A stretch of 64,000 bases of DNA from an uncultured Hyphomicrobium sp. (GTDB taxonomy: Bacteria > Pseudomonadota > Alphaproteobacteria > Rhizobiales > Hyphomicrobiaceae). The notes beneath the pieces are model-generated. The model did no database searches. It saw only the letters and a list, made by a program, of their open reading frames with translations, and was not told where the DNA came from. Below are positions 9,337 through 19,534 of this stretch, one piece after another. Location: assembly GCA_964458265.1 (NCBI GenBank), contig CAYWIF010000013.1, positions 17,190 through 81,189 of the forward strand, read 5' to 3'. The position numbers and the translations under genes were made by a program. Position 1 is the stretch's first letter. The number at the start of each line of letters is the position of its first letter.

Positions 9337-10737
9337 ATGAGTCCCGAGGAGCGGTCCGGATCGAGCGAGAGCGAGATCCTGGGCGTGGGAACGACGGCCG
9401 AAAGCGTGCGGGCCTGGGTCCGCGCCCATCGCATTGAAGAAGTCGACTGCGCCGTACCCGATATTGCAGGCGTGGCGCGCGGCAAGACGATGCCCGTCGA
9501 GAAGTTCGTCAAGCTCGAGCCGGTCCACCTGCCCATCTCGATTTTCCATCAGACGATCACGGGCGATTACGTAGGTTTCGAAGAAGACGGGCAGGCGCTG
9601 TACGCCGAGAGCGACCTGATGATGGTGCCCGATCTATCGACGATCCGCCCGGCGCCATGGGCCTCCAGCCCGACCGCCCAAGTCATCCACGATGCCACCT
9701 GGCAAAACGGTGAGCCCGTTGAGATTGCCCCCCGGAGCGTGCTGCGCCGCGTCGTCGAACTGTATGCGAATGAAGGCTGGCTACCCGTCGTTGCGCCGGA
9801 ACTTGAATTCTACCTGACGAAAACCAATCCCGATCCCGACTACCCTCTCGAGCCGCCGACCGGCCGCTCTGGCCGCAAGGGCTCCGGCCGCCAGGCCTAC
9901 AGCCTCGGCGCGGTCGACGAGTACGATAAGATCGTCGACGACATCTACGAGTTTGCCGAACTTCAATATCTCCAGATCGACACGATCATTCAGGAAGGCG
10001 GCGCGGCCCAGCTCGAAATCAATCTGGTGCACGGCGATCCCGTCCACCTGGCCGATCAGGTCTTTCTGTTCAAGCGCACGATCCGCGAAGCCGCCTTCAA
10101 GCACGGTTGCTATGCGACGTTCATGGCCAAGCCCTTGGAAAACGAGCCGGGCAGCGCCATGCACATCCACCAGAGCCTCGTCGATACCAAGACCGGTCGC
10201 AACATCTTCACCGGCGAAAACGGCGAGCCGAGCAAGCTGTTCCACCACTTCCTCGCAGGCCAGCAGACATATCTGCCGTCCGCGATGTGCCTGTTCGCGC
10301 CGTATGTGAATTCGTATCGCCGCCTCGTGCCGGGCGGCGCTGCCCCGATCAATGTGGAATGGGGTCTCGACAATCGCTCTGCGGGTTTACGGATTCCCGT
10401 GTCTGGCCCCGTAGCCCGCCGCGTCGAGAATCGCTTGCCGGGATCCGACAGCAACCCCTACCTCGCCATCGCCGCCAGCCTCGCTTGCGGTTACCTGGGC
10501 ATCAAGAACAAGCTTGAGCCGCGCGCCGCCATCGTCGGCAACGCCTATCGCAATGACCACCAGTTGCCCCGCGGTCTTCTCGAAGCCCTTCTTGAGTTCG
10601 AGGACAGCAAGGACCTGCACAAGGTCCTCGGGGACCGCTTCAGCCACGTTTATCTCGAGATGAAGCGGTCCGAGTTCGAGGAATTCATGCGAGTCATAAG
10701 CCCGTGGGAACGGGAGCATCTGCTGCTCAGCGTCTAA
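9337..10737 (+). CDS. puuA: Glutamine synthetase family protein, gamma-glutamylpolyamine synthetase-like
   Basis: 466 aa. GS catalytic-domain motifs (ELEFYL, ATFMAKP...GSAMHIHQS, NSYRRL, NRSAGLRIP, ENRLPGSDSNPYL). Context with puuB and potFGHI. Confidence 0.7.
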   Translation: MSPEERSGSSESEILGVGTTAESVRAWVRAHRIEEVDCAVPDIAGVARGKTMPVEKFVKLEPVHLPISIFHQTITGDYVGFEEDGQALYAESDLMMVPDLSTIRPAPWASSPTAQVIHDATWQNGEPVEIAPRSVLRRVVELYANEGWLPVVAPELEFYLTKTNPDPDYPLEPPTGRSGRKGSGRQAYSLGAVDEYDKIVDDIYEFAELQYLQIDTIIQEGGAAQLEINLVHGDPVHLADQVFLFKRTIREAAFKHGCYATFMAKPLENEPGSAMHIHQSLVDTKTGRNIFTGENGEPSKLFHHFLAGQQTYLPSAMCLFAPYVNSYRRLVPGGAAPINVEWGLDNRSAGLRIPVSGPVARRVENRLPGSDSNPYLAIAASLACGYLGIKNKLEPRAAIVGNAYRNDHQLPRGLLEALLEFEDSKDLHKVLGDRFSHVYLEMKRSEFEEFMRVISPWEREHLLLSV

Positions 10738-10743
10738 ATCGGC

Positions 10744-11250
10744 TTAAGCCGCGTCTTGCAGGTGTTGCCCGACAATCCGCCGCAGAAACGCTTTGAACGC
10801 CTCGCGCTCCGCGTCGCTAAACGAAGCCAGCAGGTCATCCTCGACGACGCGGGCAATCGGCGCCGCTTGGCTGAGAATATCCCGGCCAGCATCGGTGACG
10901 CTGACGGCATACATCCGCGCGTCGGCCTTTGTGCGTTCGCGGTGGATAAGACCGCGCTGCTCAAGCCGCCGTACGATGTCGGCGAGCGTCGAGCGGTCGA
11001 TCCCGGAAACGTCGCAGAGCGCGGTCTGGCTGGGTCGGTCCATGCCGTCGATCGCCGCCAGCACCACGAACTGCCGCGCGGTAATTCCCATGCCGCCCGT
11101 GGACCGGGCGAACATGTCTTCCGCGTGCTGCCCGGCCCGATGCAACAAATGCGTCGCGCTACGCGAAGCGAAAGCCAAAACGGAATCGGTTTGGATCTCC
11201 GCATGCTGTGTGTCGGCCTCGGCCGGGAAACGCTGTTCGATAGTCTTCAT
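10744..11250 (-). CDS. MarR family transcriptional regulator
   Basis: 168 aa. ITARQFVVLAAI...SQTALCDVSGIDRSTLADIVRRLEQRGLI wHTH pattern. Confidence 0.8.
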   Translation of the reverse strand: MKTIEQRFPAEADTQHAEIQTDSVLAFASRSATHLLHRAGQHAEDMFARSTGGMGITARQFVVLAAIDGMDRPSQTALCDVSGIDRSTLADIVRRLEQRGLIHRERTKADARMYAVSVTDAGRDILSQAAPIARVVEDDLLASFSDAEREAFKAFLRRIVGQHLQDAA

Positions 11251-11458
11251 TGATCATCTGCCAATTCTTCTCTGGGCGCATCGACGCCGCGGCTGCGTTG
11301 CGTCGCTGGTTGTGTGAAACGTGTCAGATCAGGGAAGCTGCACGTTGCCGCGATTTTTCGTTACGTGAGGCCGATATGGGGGCCCCGGATCGCCGCTACA
11401 TTGGCATTTTGCGACAGCGTGTTATTCTTTCGCAGCCTTCGCAAACTGGCCGGAAAAC

Positions 11459-12538
11459 ATGGTCGATTTCTCCGCAGACCAGCATGGCGTCCAAAGATGC
11501 GGCATCTTCACCGAGTTGCCCACACTGATGGACGCTCACGGGGTCGACACAATCGCTCTTCTCGCGAAACATGGTTTCAAGCTCGATGATTTCGCGGATC
11601 AAGATCGTGCGCTGCCATTCGCCAACGTCGTGCGGTTGGTTGATGATGCCGCACGCCAATCGGAACATGGCGCGTTCGGCCTCGTCCTAGGGCTCCGGGC
11701 ACGCGCGGAGCACTTCGGCGTCATTGGAGAGATGGTGCGAAATGCACCAACCCTCGGCCGCGCCATCCGCAACTTCATTGAGCACCACCACCGCTTCGTC
11801 CGCGGTGGCGCGCCTTATGTGGTCGAACAAGACCCATACCTCGTTCGTCAAAAGGAACAGGTGCTGATTGGCTATCGCTGCCTGATAAGCGGCTTGCCGT
11901 CGCTGCAATTTCTTCTGGTATCGGTTGGCGCCGGAGTGGCGCTCGTCAGCGAACTCAGTGGACAACGCCCAAAGGAAGTGCTGCTCGGATGCAGCAGCGA
12001 ACTGCTGCCGGCCGATGACGTGCGCAATCTTGTCAGGCCGGCACGCGTTCGCTTTGACGCCCACCATTTTGGCATCACCGTGCAGAAGGCTGCCACCGGC
12101 CTTCCGATTGCCGGCGCTGATCCAGCCAGGTATCAGGAGGCGACCCAACGGGTTCGGGAGTACTGGAACGGTCTCGAACCAGATTTTGTCGATCAGATCC
12201 GTCGTCTGCTTTTGCCTGTCCTGCTGGCGGAGCGCGCCCACATGCGGCTGGTGAGCGAAACAACCGGCCTCCAGCCGCGTACAGTCAACCGGCGGCTTGC
12301 CGAGCAAGGCACTTCGCTACGCGCGCTCGTCAACGAGGCGCGTTTCGAAATTGCCCGGCAGCTTTTGCGGCATACGCAATTGCCTGTCGTCGCCGTCGCG
12401 CAAGTAATGGGCTACTCGGAGCCCGGGGTGTTTGTACGTGCTTTCCGCCAATGGTCCGGCGCGACGCCTGATGCGTGGCGCAAGGGAACGCCTCTCCCAC
12501 CAGAAGAAGAGGCGCGCGCATCAAACGCCGCCTCTTAG
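11459..12538 (+). CDS. AraC family transcriptional regulator
   Basis: 359 aa. C-terminal double HTH (LVNEARFEIARQLL...VAVAQVMGYSEPGVFVRAFRQWSGATP). Confidence 0.8.
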   Translation: MVDFSADQHGVQRCGIFTELPTLMDAHGVDTIALLAKHGFKLDDFADQDRALPFANVVRLVDDAARQSEHGAFGLVLGLRARAEHFGVIGEMVRNAPTLGRAIRNFIEHHHRFVRGGAPYVVEQDPYLVRQKEQVLIGYRCLISGLPSLQFLLVSVGAGVALVSELSGQRPKEVLLGCSSELLPADDVRNLVRPARVRFDAHHFGITVQKAATGLPIAGADPARYQEATQRVREYWNGLEPDFVDQIRRLLLPVLLAERAHMRLVSETTGLQPRTVNRRLAEQGTSLRALVNEARFEIARQLLRHTQLPVVAVAQVMGYSEPGVFVRAFRQWSGATPDAWRKGTPLPPEEEARASNAAS

Positions 12539-12584
12539 GGGAAGGACCTTTCCAGAGAGACTGATGGCTGTCCGGAAATTGGGG

Positions 12585-12887
12585 TCAGTGCATGTAGACG
12601 GTGTTGCCGCCGATCGGCGACGTGGGCTGTTCCCAGAAGAAATCGCTCTGCAACGGCCCGCTCGACGAGCGCGAATTGATGGTCGGGTCCTGACGGCGCG
12701 AGTCGCCGACGATGTCCGACTTACGCACCGTGTAGCCCCCGCGGCGGCCATAGTAGCTCTTGCCCGACAACGGCTTTGCTTTCTTGGCGTTCGCTGTTCT
12801 CTGCGCTTCGGCAGGCTCGGGAACAACCGCCGCCAAACCCGTCACGAGGAGGGCTGCCATCATCGACTTGAGCAGAATACGGGCCAC
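12585..12887 (-). CDS. Small secreted hypothetical protein
   Basis: 100 aa. Signal-peptide-like N-terminus (MMAALLVTGLAAVVPEPAEAQ). The rest is Gly/Arg/Ser-rich. No family recognised. Confidence 0.45.
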   Translation of the reverse strand: MARILLKSMMAALLVTGLAAVVPEPAEAQRTANAKKAKPLSGKSYYGRRGGYTVRKSDIVGDSRRQDPTINSRSSSGPLQSDFFWEQPTSPIGGNTVYMH

Positions 12888-13028
12888 GGGCTGTCTCCGG
12901 AAATCATTGATTGGCTAAAGTAATGCGCTCGCGGTCCAAGGTCTACCACACACCGGTTAATTCTTCTTAGGGAAGAGGCACTTGCGCCACAGTTGAGGCC
13001 GGTCCCTAGCTGGAATAACCGCGTCCCG

Positions 13029-15215
13029 TCAGATCAGTTCCGCCAAAACGCATTTCAAAAGCCCATAATCGAACCGCCCCTCCAGCGCGCCGTGTACCGG
13101 ACCAAGTTTTCCGCTTTCCAGAGTGCCGAAGCGCTCGAAGGCGGCGTGAATCTCGTCCAGTTCGCTTTCGTCCAGATCTTTGAGAACATCGCGGGCCTCC
13201 ACGACGCCCGCTTCGATCGCCTCCGCAAAATGCCCGTAGACGGTGCCGAGCCCTAGGCCACGGCGTGCAGCAATCGCCTCGGCTTCGACCCCCTGCAGGT
13301 GCAACGCGAGCGTTTCGTTGACGGTCGCAGACAGCCGGTTCTGCAGCGAAGGATGGCTTGAAAAGGCCGCCAGCGTGTCCAGCATGGCCTGTCCGTAGCG
13401 TTTGATTTTGCTCGACCCGAGACCTGTGATGTCGCCGAGTGCATCCAGCGACTGCGGCCGCTTTTCGGCCAGTTCGACGAGCGTCCGATCGTGACAGATC
13501 ACGTACGGCGGCAGCTTCGCCTCTCCCGCCAATCGTGCCCGCAAAGCCTTCAGGGCAGCGAACGCGACCTGATGTTGCACCGGGAGCGCGGCGGCAGCCG
13601 AGCTCTTTTTCTCGCGCTTTGCTTTACCCCCGCGCTCGCCTACCTGTGCGACGCGCATCCGAAACGCTTCTTCGCCGCGCAAAAGCAACCGTGCCCGCTC
13701 CGTCAATTGCAGGGTTCCGTGACCATCGTCGTCGCCGGCCAAATATCCCTGCGCCACCAGTTGGCGGTAAAGGCCCTTCCAGATCGACGCGTCCGTGTCT
13801 TTGCCGATCCCGAACACAGAGAGCTTGTCGTGCGAGGCGCGCAGCGACCGCTCGTCCACCTTGCCGTGCAAAATATCGATCAGATAGCCGGTGCCGAACC
13901 GCTGCCCGGTCCGATACACGGTCGAAAGTGCCTTCTGCGCCAGAATAGTCCCGTCCGTCGTCGCGGGCGGTGCCAGGCAGTTGTCGCAGTTTCCGCACGG
14001 TGGGCTGCCGAGTTCACCGAAATACGTCAGCAGCGCCTGCCGCCGGCACGATACCAATTCACCAAGCCCGATGAGCGCTTCGAGCTTTTGCCGTTGCACC
14101 TGCTTGAAGGCGTCCGAGCCGTCCGATTGCGCGATCCACTGCCGCTGCTGGATGACATCCTGCAGCGAATAGGCAAGCCAGGCGTTCGCAGGTTCGCCAT
14201 CCCGGCCCGCACGCCCTGTTTCCTGATAGTAGGCCTCGATCGACTTTGGCAGGCTCAAATGCGCCACGAACCGCACGTCAGGCTTGTCGATGCCCATTCC
14301 GAACGCAATCGTGGCAACGATGATGACACCGTCTTCGTTGAGAAAGCGCTCCTGCGCTTTGCGCCGGATTTGCACATCGAGGCCGGCGTGGTAGGCGAGC
14401 GCGCGCCGGCCCTTGGCCGTCAGCCAAGCCGCCGTCTCGTCGACCTGCTTTCGCGACAGACAATAAACAATCCCGGCATCTTCGGGATGTTCGGCTTCGA
14501 TGAACTGCCACATACGCTCGCGTGCGCCGACCGATCCCATCTCTGCAAACGTGTAGCGGATGTTCGGCCGGTCGAAGCTGGCGACGAACCGCTCTGCTGA
14601 TGCGAGCCGCAATTCGGCGACGATCTCCTCACGCGTCCGCTCGTCCGCCGTTGCGGTGAGGGCGATGCGCGGCACACCGGGAAAGCGGTCGGCCAGCAGC
14701 CTGAGCTGCCGGTATTCGGGCCTGAAATCGTGCCCCCACTGTGACACGCAGTGCGCCTCGTCGATGGCGAAAATGGATATGGCCGTCTGCTCGAGCAGGC
14801 TGATCATCCGCTCCTGCAACAGCCGTTCCGGCGCGACGTAGAGAAGGTCGAGCGCGCCTGCGGCCAACTGCCGTTCCACCGCCTGCTGCTCGGCAAAAGA
14901 TAAGCTCGAATTGAGAAACGCCGCTGCGACGCCCGCTTCTTTCAGCGCGTCGACCTGATCCTGCATCAGTGCAATCAGCGGCGAGACGACGATGCCCGTA
15001 CCGGCGCGCACGATGGCTGGGATTTGATAGCAAAGCGACTTTCCACCGCCCGTCGGCATCAGCACCAGGGCATCGCGTCCCGCGAGCATCGTCTCGATAA
15101 TCGCGGATTGATGGAGCCGGAAGCTATGATAGCCGAAAACACGCTCGAGGACGGCGAGGGCATCCTGGAGCGACGGATTGACTTGAGAATTTTTCCGCTT
15201 GGCGGCGGTGGGCAT
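13029..15215 (-). CDS. recQ: ATP-dependent DNA helicase RecQ with an extra C-terminal HTH-like extension
   Basis: 728 aa. Helicase motifs ([43 protein letters not shown]), Zn-finger CGNCDNC, HRDC region, then about 110 additional residues. Confidence 0.9.
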   Translation of the reverse strand: MPTAAKRKNSQVNPSLQDALAVLERVFGYHSFRLHQSAIIETMLAGRDALVLMPTGGGKSLCYQIPAIVRAGTGIVVSPLIALMQDQVDALKEAGVAAAFLNSSLSFAEQQAVERQLAAGALDLLYVAPERLLQERMISLLEQTAISIFAIDEAHCVSQWGHDFRPEYRQLRLLADRFPGVPRIALTATADERTREEIVAELRLASAERFVASFDRPNIRYTFAEMGSVGARERMWQFIEAEHPEDAGIVYCLSRKQVDETAAWLTAKGRRALAYHAGLDVQIRRKAQERFLNEDGVIIVATIAFGMGIDKPDVRFVAHLSLPKSIEAYYQETGRAGRDGEPANAWLAYSLQDVIQQRQWIAQSDGSDAFKQVQRQKLEALIGLGELVSCRRQALLTYFGELGSPPCGNCDNCLAPPATTDGTILAQKALSTVYRTGQRFGTGYLIDILHGKVDERSLRASHDKLSVFGIGKDTDASIWKGLYRQLVAQGYLAGDDDGHGTLQLTERARLLLRGEEAFRMRVAQVGERGGKAKREKKSSAAAALPVQHQVAFAALKALRARLAGEAKLPPYVICHDRTLVELAEKRPQSLDALGDITGLGSSKIKRYGQAMLDTLAAFSSHPSLQNRLSATVNETLALHLQGVEAEAIAARRGLGLGTVYGHFAEAIEAGVVEARDVLKDLDESELDEIHAAFERFGTLESGKLGPVHGALEGRFDYGLLKCVLAELI

Positions 15216-15429
15216 GGCTGCTGTTCGGTCGAGGGGCGGATTGGACCTAACCCCTTAAAGCGATTCCCGCCTGCTACCGACCGTGCCGAAACCCAGTCCC
15301 GTGCTTTCTGGGCCGTTCGACGAGGCGGCAAAGCACTTGTCCCGCGTGTGCAGTGACGCTGCCAAGATTGTCATTTAAGAAGAGCAATCGAATTCGCTCG
15401 CTTCGAAAAGCAAAAAGGGAGGCGCCATC

Positions 15430-16092
15430 ATGCGGCTCTGGACCGCTCTCGCCGTTGTTCTGGTGGGACTATTCTACGTCGCATGGCCCGCGTGGTCGGC
15501 CTACCAGCTCAAAATCGCTCTCGAGAGTGGGGATGTCGCCGGCGTGGAGCGCGGCATCGACTTTCCGGCCGTGCGGCAGTCGCTCCGGCCGGCCGTCACC
15601 GCCAGCATCGAAGAAAATCTGAGGGAAGCCGCCAAGGGCGCGCCGGGCACCGATGCGCTGGTCGAAAAAATCAGTAAGGACACGCTTCCCCGGCTCGTGG
15701 AATCGTCCCTGGACACTTTGTTGACTCCACAAGCGCTCATTCGCCTGCATGCGGAGGGCAAGAGCTTGCGCGATCTTATCCGGACAATCAAAACCGGCAA
15801 ACCCGATCTGGCCGGGCAGATCGGGGGCTTCGTCCGCGACCTTCTGGGCAGGTCTACGACCCCCGCGCCGCCCGGCAACGAAACTGTTGTTGATACGGCG
15901 GCGCCCGCGCCGATTGTCCCCGAAAGTCGCCGTTTGGGTCTCGGAAACGTCAAGTCCGCCGGCTTCGACGGCCCTATGTCGGTCTACCTTGGTATCGCCC
16001 GCAATCCCGAGGCGCCTGAACCTGATCTCACCGCCACCATGTCCTTCACGGGAACCGGCTGGCGCGTCACAAGTCTGATGCCCAGAATTTGA
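15430..16092 (+). CDS. Membrane-anchored hypothetical protein (DUF2939-like)
   Basis: 220 aa. N-terminal TM (LWTALAVVLVGLFYVAWPAW), then AYQLKIALESGDVAGVERGIDFPAVRQSL. GGGAGG Shine-Dalgarno upstream. The DUF assignment is from memory. Confidence 0.55.
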   Translation: MRLWTALAVVLVGLFYVAWPAWSAYQLKIALESGDVAGVERGIDFPAVRQSLRPAVTASIEENLREAAKGAPGTDALVEKISKDTLPRLVESSLDTLLTPQALIRLHAEGKSLRDLIRTIKTGKPDLAGQIGGFVRDLLGRSTTPAPPGNETVVDTAAPAPIVPESRRLGLGNVKSAGFDGPMSVYLGIARNPEAPEPDLTATMSFTGTGWRVTSLMPRI

Positions 16093-16307
16093 ACATTCGC
16101 AACCCGCAGTAGGGATCCTGCCGGGGTTTAATGCGTTTTGGAAAAACAATAAGTTAGGTGAGGCGGCTGCAACAATTCGTATGCATCGTTTATCATCTTT
16201 AAACAAAAGCAGTTCAAGCAAGGGTCTAAGCCCGATCCTTGATTGGCGGGGTCTCGTTTGTGCCCCATGAGTGCGCCGGCGGAAGTGTTATGCAGGGAGT
16301 TACATTG

Positions 16308-18140
16308 ATGCGTACCTTTGTAGGCGTCGCAGTTGTGCTGACGGCCGTCGCGGCTTCGATGGCACCCGTATCGGCGGCACCTGAAGCAGCCACCGCCACG
16401 CGCGCTCATCAAGGAGCAGATCAAAAAGAAGTGCTCGCTGCCATCATCTCTGAAATTGAGCGTCGCATCGAGACCACGCGCGATCCGCAGGACAAGGCGT
16501 TTCTGTCCCAGTTGTCGGGCCACTACCGCGAGTTCGACGCGGCTCCCCACTGGACACACACTGGCGGCCTGACGGATGCGGGCAACGCGCTCTATGACGA
16601 ACTCGCCAAGGCCGATCTTTATGGTCTCGACCCCGCGCAATTTACTCTCCCGGTGCTGCCGATCACATCGCAAGCGGTAGCAGAAGTCGACTTGTCTGTT
16701 TCAGCGGTCCGCTATGCCTGGCATGCCCACGGCGGCCGCATCGACGCCACCCAGTTGTCGCGCTGGCTCGATGCGTCGCCGAAATCGCTCTATGCCGGTG
16801 ATGTCTTTCGCGCCATCGCCGCCAACGGCGGCGATCCCGTCGCGGGCCTGCGCAGTTTCCATCCGACGCATCCACAATTCGAGCGGTTGCGTCAGGCGTA
16901 TCTTGAAGCGCGCGGTGACGTGGCGCCCAAACCGCTTCCCAGTCTTTCGCCGGGATCGCGCATAGACACCGGCATGCGCCACCCGGATGTGGCGCTGATC
17001 CGCCAACGCCTCGGTCTCGACGCCTCCGAAAATTCCGACCTGCTCGATCGCAGTCTGATGCGCCGCATTCGCTCGTATCTCGACGAAGCTGGGTATGAGT
17101 CCAAGCGCTACGTCGATGATGATGTGCGCGCCGCGCTGAACAAGGCGAACCCCCGCCCCCGTGCGGCCAACCGCGATGCCCTGACCAAATTTTTAGTCAA
17201 CATGGAGCGCTGGCGCACCATGCCCGGCGACATGGGAGCGTTTTACATCTGGAACAATCTTCCGGAGTATCAGACCCGTGTGATCAAGGCAGGCGAGGTG
17301 CTGTTCCAGGAACGCATCATCATCGGCAAGCCGAACACCCAGACGCCCGTCTTCTCCGACAAGATGGATCACGTGATATTCCAACCGGAATGGGGCGTGC
17401 CGGAATCGATCAAGTTGCGCCAGATCCTTCCCCACATGCGCGGCGGCGACTACGGCGTACTCGCACGCCGCGGCATGCAAATTCGCGACGGCAAACGGGT
17501 CATCAATCCGGCCCGCATCAAGTGGTCGAAAGTCAACATTCGCGACATTCCGATTATCCAGCGTGCCGGTCCCGGCAATCCCCTCGGCCGCCTGAAGTTC
17601 ATGTTCCCGAACCACCACGACGTTTACATGCACGACACCAACGACAAGCACCTCTTCAACAGTTCCGAACGCACGTTCTCCCACGGCTGCATTCGCGTTC
17701 GCAATCCCGACAGCTTCGCCGAGACGCTGCTGTCGGAGGTCGAGGGCTGGACGGCAGATGACGTTGCACGCCAGCTCAAAGTCAAAGCGTCGAAGCGCAT
17801 CGATCTCAAGACGCACATCCCCGTTCACAACACGTACCTGACGACCTGGGTCAATCCGGACGGGACGGTCGTGCAGTTCAAAGACATCTACGGACACGAC
17901 AAGCGCTACAGCGACGCGCTGGCGGGCAAATCCGTGAAGCTGATTGCCTCTCGCGATCCGGCGCTTGCGTTGAAGAAACAGAATGACGACCTGAGGAACG
18001 GGTTAGCGGCGATTGTAAAGCCCAAGCCGAAGCCCAAACCCGCGTTTGCGCAATTCGGTGCACCCTCGCCGTGGTTCAAGTCGGGCCTCGGCAAGCCGGC
18101 CGCTCCCCCGCCGCGCTTGCTGTGGTTCCAACAGTACTGA
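16308..18140 (+). CDS. L,D-transpeptidase family protein (YcbB-like, large form)
   Basis: YkuD catalytic motif HDTNDKHLFNSSERTFSHGCIRVRNP. Signal peptide starts at MRTFVGVAVVL (ATG 16308, GGGAG upstream). The track ORF begins at TTG 16239. Confidence 0.8.
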   Translation: MRTFVGVAVVLTAVAASMAPVSAAPEAATATRAHQGADQKEVLAAIISEIERRIETTRDPQDKAFLSQLSGHYREFDAAPHWTHTGGLTDAGNALYDELAKADLYGLDPAQFTLPVLPITSQAVAEVDLSVSAVRYAWHAHGGRIDATQLSRWLDASPKSLYAGDVFRAIAANGGDPVAGLRSFHPTHPQFERLRQAYLEARGDVAPKPLPSLSPGSRIDTGMRHPDVALIRQRLGLDASENSDLLDRSLMRRIRSYLDEAGYESKRYVDDDVRAALNKANPRPRAANRDALTKFLVNMERWRTMPGDMGAFYIWNNLPEYQTRVIKAGEVLFQERIIIGKPNTQTPVFSDKMDHVIFQPEWGVPESIKLRQILPHMRGGDYGVLARRGMQIRDGKRVINPARIKWSKVNIRDIPIIQRAGPGNPLGRLKFMFPNHHDVYMHDTNDKHLFNSSERTFSHGCIRVRNPDSFAETLLSEVEGWTADDVARQLKVKASKRIDLKTHIPVHNTYLTTWVNPDGTVVQFKDIYGHDKRYSDALAGKSVKLIASRDPALALKKQNDDLRNGLAAIVKPKPKPKPAFAQFGAPSPWFKSGLGKPAAPPPRLLWFQQY

Positions 18141-18163
18141 GCCCGCCGCTCGGTCTCTGGTTA

Positions 18164-18201
18164 AGCGCCCGCCGGGCAACGGCTCGTGGGCGCTTTCCAT
18201 T
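18164..18201 (+). terminator. Candidate terminator hairpin after the L,D-transpeptidase gene
   Basis: AGCGCCC (18164-18170) pairs with GGGCGCT (18188-18194), with an inner GCCG/CGGC stem. Followed by TTCCATTCT. Confidence 0.35.
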
Positions 18202-18271
18202 CTACTCTGTCAATCAGCCTTGACACGCTTTAGGATCGCTCCGCTAGGGACCGATCAAGGGCGCCGGCCGA

Positions 18272-19528
18272 ATGGACCACGACGACACGATTGCCGGCGC
18301 GATCCCCGCCCTATGGGCTCCGCCGTTGGCCCCACCGGCTCCGCGTGATTTGTGCACCGATTGCGGTCTGTCGCGTACCGCCGATGCGAAACGTTGCGGC
18401 CGCGCCTGTCAGTTCATTAGGCCGGCCTATCCGGCAATGGAAGCGCGTGTTCACGGCCGCGCCCGTGACCCGTCGCGTGCCGACGAAGTCTATTTTGGCC
18501 CATTTCGCCGGATGGTGCGTGCCGCCTTGCGCGACCCCAAGCCCGGCGCCCAGTGGACCGGCATAACCACCCGGATCGCCGAGCGTCTTCTTGAGACCGG
18601 GGCGGTCGAAGCCGTTCTCACCATGGCCCCCGATCCGTCCGACAGTTGGAAGCCGATGCCTGTCATCATCACGGCTGCGGAAGGTATGTCGCGCGCCCGT
18701 GGAATGCGCATGGGCTACGCGCCGCTGCTGGCCCTCCTTGAACCCGTGCGCGAGCATGGCTTCAAGCGCATTGCCGTCATCGGCATCCCCTGTCAGGTCT
18801 ATGCCCTCCGCTCGATCGAACAAGACTTCGGCCTGGAACGGCTCTATGTCATCGGGACGCCGTGTTCCGACAACACGACGACCGAAAAATTCCACACGTT
18901 TCTCGAACTTTTGGCCGACGATCCGCGCACGATCACATACCTCGAATTTCGTGCCGACCATTACGTGGAGCTGCGCTTCACTGACGGGACAAAAAAGGAA
19001 ATCCCCTTTCTGAAGTTGCCAATCTCCAAGCTCCCTTCAGACTTCTTTCCGCTCACCTGCCGCACCTGCGTCGACTACACGAATGTGCTCGCTGACATCA
19101 CCGTCGGCTACATGGGGGGCGAAGGCCAGCAGTGGCTACTTGTCCGTAACGAGCGCGGCGAGGAATTGTTGGAATTGCTCGGGGACGAAGTGCGCCTGTC
19201 AAATCCGGGCAGTGCCGGCAAACGCCGGAGCGCGGTCGCCGGCTTTCTGGCCAACACCGAACGCGCCGCCGGTGGCTTGCCGCTCAGATCCATGCCCGAT
19301 TGGCTGCGCCCGATCGTCGGCTGGCTGATGCCGAAGATCGGCCCGCGCGGCCTCGAGTTCGCCCGCTCGCGCCTTGAAATGAAGGCCTGCGAAACCGTCG
19401 TTCACCTGCGCCGCGCCATGCCGCGCCGGGTCCGGCACATGGTGCCAGCCCATGTCTGGGCTCTGGTCGAACCCTACGGTCTGAAACCCACCGCCGATGA
19501 ACTGCCGCGGCCCGGACGCGAGAGTTAG
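18272..19528 (+). CDS. FrhB-family Fe-S flavoprotein (coenzyme F420 hydrogenase beta-subunit / HCAR / BciB-like)
   Basis: 418 aa. N-terminal Cys cluster CTDCGLSRTADAKRCGRACQF, IAVIGIPCQVYALR, GTPCSDN, C-terminal CRTCVDYTNVLADITVGYMG. Confidence 0.65.
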   Translation: MDHDDTIAGAIPALWAPPLAPPAPRDLCTDCGLSRTADAKRCGRACQFIRPAYPAMEARVHGRARDPSRADEVYFGPFRRMVRAALRDPKPGAQWTGITTRIAERLLETGAVEAVLTMAPDPSDSWKPMPVIITAAEGMSRARGMRMGYAPLLALLEPVREHGFKRIAVIGIPCQVYALRSIEQDFGLERLYVIGTPCSDNTTTEKFHTFLELLADDPRTITYLEFRADHYVELRFTDGTKKEIPFLKLPISKLPSDFFPLTCRTCVDYTNVLADITVGYMGGEGQQWLLVRNERGEELLELLGDEVRLSNPGSAGKRRSAVAGFLANTERAAGGLPLRSMPDWLRPIVGWLMPKIGPRGLEFARSRLEMKACETVVHLRRAMPRRVRHMVPAHVWALVEPYGLKPTADELPRPGRES

Positions 19529-19534
19529 GCCCGC

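Noticed and set aside
13491-14600. 369-aa plus-strand ORF
   Set aside because: Antisense shadow of recQ.
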